From contig JBAPNX010000035.1 in assembly GCA_049279335.1 (NCBI GenBank), positions 57,217-121,216 on the forward strand: 64,000 nucleotides of DNA, given 5' to 3'. Positions 58,581 to 64,000 of the stretch are shown here, in pieces. Below the pieces are notes generated by a model. That model was not told the origin of the DNA. It worked only from the letters and a program-made list of their open reading frames with translations, and searched no databases. The DNA comes from Candidatus Dormiibacterota bacterium. GTDB taxonomy: Bacteria; Chloroflexota; Dormibacteria; Aeolococcales; Bog-877. Each line of letters opens with the position of its first letter. Position 1 is the stretch's first letter. The translations under genes and the position numbers were made by a program.

Positions 58581-60479
58581 TCAGTACCAGCCGGGCAGCC
58601 AGACGTGCTGGAAGAAGTCATTGGAGGGGATCGGTTGCCCCGTCCAGAGCGGGTAAAAGTAGGCGAAGCTGAGGATGACCGCCAGCACGATCGCCCCGGC
58701 CAGGGGGCGAAGACTGTAAGGGCCGAGACGGACCGCTCCCAGCTGCATGGCGCTGCGGGTGAACGCCAGCCGGGTGCAGCAGTAGGCGAGGGCCAGGCAG
58801 GTGAAAGGGAGCGCCTCCAGGATCTCGTAGAAGAAGAGGATCCGGGATGGCCAGGACCAGAGCAGCAGCCACATGAACAGGAATCCCAGCAGGATGAAGA
58901 GCGCGACCCGGTCCCGCCGCCGCAGGGTCAGATAGAGGCAGACCGCCAGGGCCAGCATGCCCAGCCAGAAGATGGCTGGGTTGCCCATGTCGGTGATCCA
59001 CTCGTAGTTGGAGACGGTCTGACCGTCGCTGGTGGTCACCCCGTTTCCGGTATAGACCGCGTAGTAGAGGACTGGGTGCGCGTCCAGGGGCCAGGTGTAG
59101 TAGGGCGAGGAGAACGGGTGAGTCGCCTTGAGCGTCGCCTGGTAGCTGAGCCCGGCCAGGCTGTTCATCTCCATGTCCACCAGCGACTGCTGCAGGTTGA
59201 ACCCCGTCGGAAGCCAGATTGCGACCGGCCCGAAGTGGTCCTCCCTGATGGGCATGGCCACCGGCAGTCGGCAGACGGAGGCGCTGGTGGTGAATTCCGT
59301 GCACGTCGCGCTGCGGCCGCTAGTGTCGGCGAAGTTGACGTAGAGGTCGTGCGAGATGGTCCAGTAGTTGAAGAACGAGAGGTAGAAGACGACTGCGATC
59401 ACCGCCGCGCCTGCCAGGTAGTGCCAGCCCCAGCGCATCTCCGAGACCATGGTCCGCCGCCCCGCCTCTACCGGATCGTCAGGTGCGGGTGGAAGCAACC
59501 AGCGGGACTGACCACCACCAAACCCCCGCAGCCACAGATGCGGTCGTGCCCATCTGGCCGCCAGCAACACCGCCATCAGGAGCACGGCGGGCACCATGTC
59601 TGCCTTGGCGGCCACCCCAAGCCCCGAGGCCAGGGCCGTCAGATAGAGAGTCCCGAGCCATTGCCCGCGCGTGCGCGCGTGCCAGTGAAGGGTGAACAAC
59701 CACAGCCCTAAGACGACAAAGAAAACGGCGAAGATGTCGATCAAGCCGGTGCGGGAGTCCACCAGTTCCAGCCCGTCGAGACTGAAGAAAAGCGCCCCCA
59801 GCAATGGGAAAAGTCGGTGCCGGTGCCAGAGCCGGCGGGCCAGGAAATAGAGCAGTCCGATCACCAGGCTGCCGAAGATCGCCGACATGATCCGCCATCC
59901 CCAGGGGTTGAAGCCCAGCCAACTAATGCCGCCGGCGATGATCAGCTTGGTCAGGGGGGGCTCGGGGTCGAAGTAATCGATGCCCTTGAGACCCTTGTAG
60001 GCATCGACTGGGAAGTAGACCTCGTCGAAGACGAATCCGCAGGTCTTGACTTCGGAGTTATGGGGACCGATGGGTACGTCGGTGCATCCGGCAGTGTTGA
60101 AGGGATACCCAAGGCCCCACGCGCCGATGCCCAAGATGTCGTGGGTGGGGGACCGGTGGACTCCGGCGGGCGCCGGGACCTTGCCCACCACGTCCAGGTT
60201 TCCCTGCAGGAAGTCCAGGTAAATCGGGCTCGCCAGCCTGATCACCAGGGCGATCGCCACCAATCCGCCCGCGATGGCACAGTCTCGGCCATCGATCCCC
60301 GTCAGCGCCCGGTACCGTCGCAGCAGCAGGGACAAGCCCCACAGTGCCAGCACCATCACCGCCGCCACCAGCGGATGCACCGGCCAGTGCATGAGCACGC
60401 AGAGAGCCGCGAAGATCGCCGCCGCTCCCGCTGCGCCGACCGCCTCGCGTTGCCAGGCGGGCGCTCCCGCCGGACTCAC
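58581..60479 (-). CDS. pmt: Polyprenol-phosphate-mannose-dependent protein O-mannosyltransferase (GT39/PMT family)
   Basis: Loop-1 motif FDEVYF, LTKLIIAGGISWLGFNPWGWR, and a C-terminal PMT_4TMC-like region. GTG at 60479 overlaps the upstream stop (GTGA); the listed ORF extends to 60656. Confidence 0.75.
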   Translation of the reverse strand: MSPAGAPAWQREAVGAAGAAAIFAALCVLMHWPVHPLVAAVMVLALWGLSLLLRRYRALTGIDGRDCAIAGGLVAIALVIRLASPIYLDFLQGNLDVVGKVPAPAGVHRSPTHDILGIGAWGLGYPFNTAGCTDVPIGPHNSEVKTCGFVFDEVYFPVDAYKGLKGIDYFDPEPPLTKLIIAGGISWLGFNPWGWRIMSAIFGSLVIGLLYFLARRLWHRHRLFPLLGALFFSLDGLELVDSRTGLIDIFAVFFVVLGLWLFTLHWHARTRGQWLGTLYLTALASGLGVAAKADMVPAVLLMAVLLAARWARPHLWLRGFGGGQSRWLLPPAPDDPVEAGRRTMVSEMRWGWHYLAGAAVIAVVFYLSFFNYWTISHDLYVNFADTSGRSATCTEFTTSASVCRLPVAMPIREDHFGPVAIWLPTGFNLQQSLVDMEMNSLAGLSYQATLKATHPFSSPYYTWPLDAHPVLYYAVYTGNGVTTSDGQTVSNYEWITDMGNPAIFWLGMLALAVCLYLTLRRRDRVALFILLGFLFMWLLLWSWPSRILFFYEILEALPFTCLALAYCCTRLAFTRSAMQLGAVRLGPYSLRPLAGAIVLAVILSFAYFYPLWTGQPIPSNDFFQHVWLPGWY

Positions 60480-61066
60480 CGCCGGCGGGACGCCGGTGCC
60501 GGAGGTCGCCGGCGGATTCGGGTCTGGAGCTCGTCCTCCAGCGCCTTGGCGTCGGAGACCACCAGGATCAGGTCCTGATCCACGGCGCAGCCGCGGCCAG
60601 CCGACCTCCCCAATCTGGCGACCTCGGCAGGGCCCAGGTCCAATCTGATGACGCAAGCGGGGGTGCGCTCGAATTGGCGCAGGGAGCGCAGCAGAAGCTG
60701 CTTACGGCTGGGGGCCGCGAAGAGGACCTGCAGTGCCTGGGTGCGCACCTGGCGGATCTCCTGGAAGGGGATCAACTCGAACTTGAGCAGCCCATTGAGA
60801 CGAAGCCCCTCCGCGGTGACCTGGACGTAGTGACGGCGGGAGCCGACATGGAAAGCGGCACCTAGGAGCAGCAGCAAGCCCCCCAGGATGAGGAACTCAA
60901 GCTCCAGCTTGCGGCTGTCCAGGTAGGTTACAAGGGTCCCAATCAGCAGCACCGCCGCCCCGTAGAGGAGCATTGTCTCGGTGCGCCGCCAGAGGGCGGC
61001 GAAGGTGAGTAGCTGGTGGCAGGGCCGGGGCTCGTCTCGGGCGGAGAGAGCCGTGCCCGCGCTCAA
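60476..61066 (-). CDS. Membrane protein with two TM helices and a bacterial PH-like domain
   Basis: TM pair MLLYGAAVLLIGTLVTYL / LEFLILGGLLLLLGAAFHV, followed by YVQVTAEGLRLNGLLKFELIPFQEIRQV. TTG at 61066 overlaps the mtnP stop; ATG at 60973 is an alternative start. Confidence 0.45.
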   Translation of the reverse strand: MSAGTALSARDEPRPCHQLLTFAALWRRTETMLLYGAAVLLIGTLVTYLDSRKLELEFLILGGLLLLLGAAFHVGSRRHYVQVTAEGLRLNGLLKFELIPFQEIRQVRTQALQVLFAAPSRKQLLLRSLRQFERTPACVIRLDLGPAEVARLGRSAGRGCAVDQDLILVVSDAKALEDELQTRIRRRPPAPASRRR

Positions 61067-61875
61067 GACGAGACCAGCTCGGGCAGGGGCTGGGTGGTCC
61101 CGCAGCTGCAGCCAGGCTGGGCGGGAAGGGTAGCGACCAGGTCGAACAGGATCTTGCGTACCCGGCCGATGTTGGCAGCGAAGACCTGCAAGACCTGATC
61201 ATGGGTCACCGGAGCGATCTCGGCCGAGCCATCCAAGCCGGTGTCGTAGTCGGTCACCAGAGCGATCGCCGTGTAGCAGATCCCGAGTTCCCGGGCCAGG
61301 ATGGCCTCCGGGTATCCGGTCATGCCGATGACGCCCCATCCCTGCCCGGAGAACCAGCGCGACTCGGCCCGGGTGCTGAAGCGTGGGCCTTGGATCACGA
61401 CCAGGGTCTCGCCCTGGTGCACCTCGGCGCCCTGACGCCGTGCCGCCGCCGCCGCCAACGCCCCCATCTCAGGGCAGTAGGGGTCAGCGGCGGAGACATG
61501 CTGGACCTTGGGGCCGTCCCAGAAGGTGTCGGCGCGCCCCCAGGTGCGGTCCACGAACTGATCAGGGATCACGACCTGCCCCGGTGCTATCTCGGCCCGG
61601 AGCGAGCCCACCGCGCAGGGGGCGAGAATGCGTCGGACCTTAGCCTGGCGCATGGCGAATAGGTTGGCCCGGAAGTTGATCCGGTGCGGGGGAATGCTGT
61701 GCTCACGGCCGTGCCGGGGCATGAAGGCCACCTTCCGACCCTCGATCTCCCCCAGCCAGATGCTGTCGCTGGCGGGTCCGAAGGGAGTCTCCACTTTGAC
61801 TTCGCGCGCCCCTTCGAGGAGCTCATAGAGACCGGACCCGCCGAAGATGCCAATGGCCTCCCCCTCGGCCATCAA
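61063..61875 (-). CDS. mtnP: S-methyl-5'-thioadenosine phosphorylase
   Basis: IGIFGGSGLYEL, FMPRHGREHSIPPHRINFRAN, and CAVGSLRAEIAPG. Confidence 0.9.
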   Translation of the reverse strand: MMAEGEAIGIFGGSGLYELLEGAREVKVETPFGPASDSIWLGEIEGRKVAFMPRHGREHSIPPHRINFRANLFAMRQAKVRRILAPCAVGSLRAEIAPGQVVIPDQFVDRTWGRADTFWDGPKVQHVSAADPYCPEMGALAAAAARRQGAEVHQGETLVVIQGPRFSTRAESRWFSGQGWGVIGMTGYPEAILARELGICYTAIALVTDYDTGLDGSAEIAPVTHDQVLQVFAANIGRVRKILFDLVATLPAQPGCSCGTTQPLPELVSS

Positions 61876-62825
61876 GCAGCCACCTCGACCATCCGCTCGA
61901 TCGCCTGCCGGGCTCGGGTTGCGGTCTCGGTCGGGACGGTGATGTGGTGCTTCAGATCTCGCAGTGAGTCGCGGACCTTCTCCAAGGTGATGGTCTTCAT
62001 GTAGGGACAGATGGCGTCGGGATTGGCAGCCAGGAACGTCTTCTCGGGAGCCAGCTGACGCATCCGGTGCATGACCCCGATTTCGGTGGCCACGATGAAA
62101 GTGCTGGCCTCCGAATTCTGAGCGTGACGGACCATCCCTTCGGTGCTGGCAACTACCGTGGCTCCGGTGAACTCGCCCCGGCCGGCTTCATAAAGGGCGG
62201 CGGTGGTGCAGCCACACTCGGGGTGAACCAGGACTTCGGCATCAGGATGAGCCAGCCGCTGACGCTCAAGTTGGGCGCCGCGGATGTCGGCATGAACATG
62301 GCATTCTCCCAGCCAAACGTGCATCTTTCGTCCAGTGACGCGCTCCACATGCGAACCCAAGAAGAGGTCTGGGCAGAAAAGAATCTCTTTGTCTTTGGGG
62401 ATCCGCTCCACGATTTCCACCGCATTGCTGGAGGTGCAGCAGTAGTCAGATTCGGCTTTGACCTCAGCGCTAGTGTTGACGTAGCTGACTACCACTGCCC
62501 CGGGGTGTTCGGTCTTCCACGCGCGCAGTTCTTCAGCGTTGATGCTGGCGGACAGTGAGCAGCCCGCCTCCAGGTCGGGCAGCAGCACCATCCGGCCTGG
62601 GGCCAAGACTGCAGCCGTCTCGGCCATGAAGTGGACACCGCAGAAAACGATCACCTCGGCATCGACCTCAGCCGCTCGCCGCGACAACCCTAGGGAATCG
62701 CCCACGAAGTCGGCGATGTCCTGAACCTCGTCGCGCTGGTAATTGTGAGCCAGGATCAGGGCTTTGCGATCATGCCTGAGCTCGCGGATCTCGTCCACCA
62801 GCAGCCCCTGTGTTGCAACTGCCAT
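61872..62825 (-). CDS. nadA: Quinolinate synthase NadA
   Basis: ILAHNYQRDEVQDIADFVGDS, VHFMAETA, and conserved Cys residues for the 4Fe-4S cluster. Confidence 0.93.
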   Translation of the reverse strand: MAVATQGLLVDEIRELRHDRKALILAHNYQRDEVQDIADFVGDSLGLSRRAAEVDAEVIVFCGVHFMAETAAVLAPGRMVLLPDLEAGCSLSASINAEELRAWKTEHPGAVVVSYVNTSAEVKAESDYCCTSSNAVEIVERIPKDKEILFCPDLFLGSHVERVTGRKMHVWLGECHVHADIRGAQLERQRLAHPDAEVLVHPECGCTTAALYEAGRGEFTGATVVASTEGMVRHAQNSEASTFIVATEIGVMHRMRQLAPEKTFLAANPDAICPYMKTITLEKVRDSLRDLKHHITVPTETATRARQAIERMVEVAA

Positions 62826-62832
62826 GACCCAA

Positions 62833-63612
62833 TTATGGCCGTTGCCTGCCGGTGCCCTCCTGGTGAGCGCTGCAGGTGGGATCGAGCGGGAAGCGGACTT
62901 CCCGCCAGCGCGCGGTGATGGCGTCGAAGTCGAGCAGTCTGCCTCCTGTCTCCCGGCCGATCCCAGAGATCAGCTTGATCGCCTCCAGCGCCTGCAGCGA
63001 TCCGATCATCCCCACCAATGGCCCCAGCACCCCAGCCTCGCGGCAGGTCTGCGCCGGGCTGGTCGGCGGCGCCACAAACAGACAGCGGTAGCAGGCGGCC
63101 CCGGACGGCACCGTTACTACCTGGCCGGCCAGGCCAACCGCACCCCCGACCACAAGTCCGATCTCCTCACTCACGCAGAAATCGTTGACCAGGAATTTCG
63201 TGACCGGGTCATCGGAGCACTCAAGTACCACATCGGCGCCGGAAAGCAGAGCCCGCACCGAGCGGGAGTCGAGCGATTCCTGGCAAGCCGAGACCTCGAC
63301 GGTGGGGTTGAGCTCAAGGATGCGCTGGGCCAGCAGCTCTGCCTTGGGCAGACCCACCTCATCGGTGCGGTATGCGACCTGACGGTTGAGGTTGTCCAGC
63401 GCGACCTGATCCGGGTCGATCAGGGTCAGTCGACCGACCCCCGAAGCTCCCAGGTAGAGCGCCGCGGGAACTCCCAGACCACCGCAGCCGACCACCGCCA
63501 CCTGGGCCTGAGTCAGCTGGAGCTGACCGGCTTCCCCAAGCTCGCGCAGCAACAGCTGGCGGCTATAGCGCTCGATCGCAGCTTCATCGAGGACCTGGGT
63601 GACTGCGCTCAC
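62833..63612 (-). CDS. ThiF/MoeB/HesA-family E1-like adenylyltransferase (no rhodanese domain)
   Basis: YSRQLLLRELG, VVGCGGLGVPAALYL, DNLNRQ, CYRCLF, and CREAGVLGPLVG. The second zinc motif is degenerate (C-S-A-H). Confidence 0.85.
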   Translation of the reverse strand: MSAVTQVLDEAAIERYSRQLLLRELGEAGQLQLTQAQVAVVGCGGLGVPAALYLGASGVGRLTLIDPDQVALDNLNRQVAYRTDEVGLPKAELLAQRILELNPTVEVSACQESLDSRSVRALLSGADVVLECSDDPVTKFLVNDFCVSEEIGLVVGGAVGLAGQVVTVPSGAACYRCLFVAPPTSPAQTCREAGVLGPLVGMIGSLQALEAIKLISGIGRETGGRLLDFDAITARWREVRFPLDPTCSAHQEGTGRQRP

Positions 63613-63622
63613 CGAGAGCTCC

Positions 63623-63910
63623 TCACCAGCTGATGACCTTGTCGGCCGTCGCGCAGCGGTCGATGATCCCGGCGTATTCGATGAGCGCCCATCTCTCCTC
63701 GACCTGGCGCCTCCTGGAGTCCTCAGCGCAGGCCATCAGCACCAGCTGGGATGGCTCCACGATGCCCAAGGCGTTACCCACGCTCAGCTCGGTCTCCAGC
63801 ACCGCGTCATGGAGTAGCACAACTTCCACCATAGCGCCTGCCTCGATTCGCGCTCGGATGTGGGCCCAGGCGCGGTGATCGGAGCGGCGGCTCAACATGT
63901 GAAGTTCCAT
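63623..63910 (-). CDS. TusB/DsrH-family sulfur-relay protein
   Basis: MELHMLSRRSD...VVLLHDAV...LIEYAGIIDRCATADKVISW aligns by eye with E. coli TusB (MLHTLHRSP...LLLQDGV...LIDYTDFV...MAW). ATG at 63910 lies 7 nt after the upstream stop. Confidence 0.65.
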   Translation of the reverse strand: MELHMLSRRSDHRAWAHIRARIEAGAMVEVVLLHDAVLETELSVGNALGIVEPSQLVLMACAEDSRRRQVEERWALIEYAGIIDRCATADKVISW

Positions 63911-63917
63911 ATCCGGC

Positions 63918-64000
63918 TCAGAGCACGAGACAGCTGTCCGCCGCGGCACAAATTGCCTGCACCTGGGCCCGTGGCACCGTCTCCACCCCGGGCCGCAGAC
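63918..64000 (-). CDS. C-terminal fragment of a TusC/DsrF (DsrE-family) protein; the 5' end lies outside the window
   Basis: Own translation: ...LRPGVETVPRAQVQAICAAADSCLVL, then TGA at 63920-63918. It resembles the TusC C-terminus, and its position immediately upstream of the TusB-like gene fits. Confidence 0.4.
   Translation of the reverse strand, partial: LRPGVETVPRAQVQAICAAADSCLVL

Overview
This is a high-GC bacterial chromosomal segment, roughly two-thirds G+C by eye. It is densely coding, with about 60 genes, most of them on the minus strand, and almost all of it is housekeeping. I saw no rRNA, tRNA, CRISPR array, transposase, integrase or prophage signature.

Gene content from left to right:
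- a frameshifted MFS gene with an ArsR-type regulator
- mazG-mfd-pth-ybeY-rpsU. The rpsU gene is absent from the ORF track because it appears to start at CTG.
- an alpha/beta hydrolase, rsmE, a GalT-like HIT-superfamily enzyme and hsp20
- a CIRCE-controlled hrcA-grpE-dnaJ operon with no dnaK
- a VIT1-family transporter, hemW-lepA, a GNAT-like gene and a DUF2795-like gene
- a ChlD/ChlI (Mg/Co-chelatase-type AAA+/VWA) pair preceded by a translationally coupled unknown ORF
- an F420:NADP oxidoreductase
- a Gram-positive-type 2-oxoacid dehydrogenase operon (E1 alpha, E1 beta, E2, E3)
- a lower-GC divergent control region and two unknown proteins
- a pentose-phosphate operon (tkt, fused tal-pgi, gnd, pgl, rpe; no zwf)
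- a rhodanese, a DHA2 MFS, gdh, an orphan sortase, an acyl-CoA ligase, a polytopic membrane protein and an acyl-CoA carboxyltransferase
- a GGDEF gene and a PAS-GAF-EAL gene
- rnhB, an MBL hydrolase and a YciI-like gene
- a long co-directional array running TusC/TusB-like, ThiF/MoeB-like E1, nadA, mtnP, a PH-like membrane protein, GT39 Pmt, a second large GT-C-like protein, an amidohydrolase, GT4 and an MFS

The gene order (pth-mfd-mazG; rpsU-ybeY; lepA-hemW-hrcA-grpE-dnaJ), CIRCE, the sortase and F420 use suggest a monoderm-type, Terrabacteria-like lineage such as Chloroflexota or Actinomycetota. I cannot assign taxonomy from sequence alone.

I found no convincing new multi-gene system such as a defence island. 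The most interesting items are:
- the orphan ChlI/ChlD pair with its coupled unknown ORF
- the Pmt / GT-C / GT4 / amidohydrolase / MFS envelope-glycosylation cluster
- the TusBC-ThiF sulfur-relay module, cut by the window edge
- the pdh-divergent control region with a near-consensus promoter, an inverted repeat and a long leader
- two sequence-level anomalies: the apparent CTG start of rpsU and the homopolymer frameshift in the MFS gene
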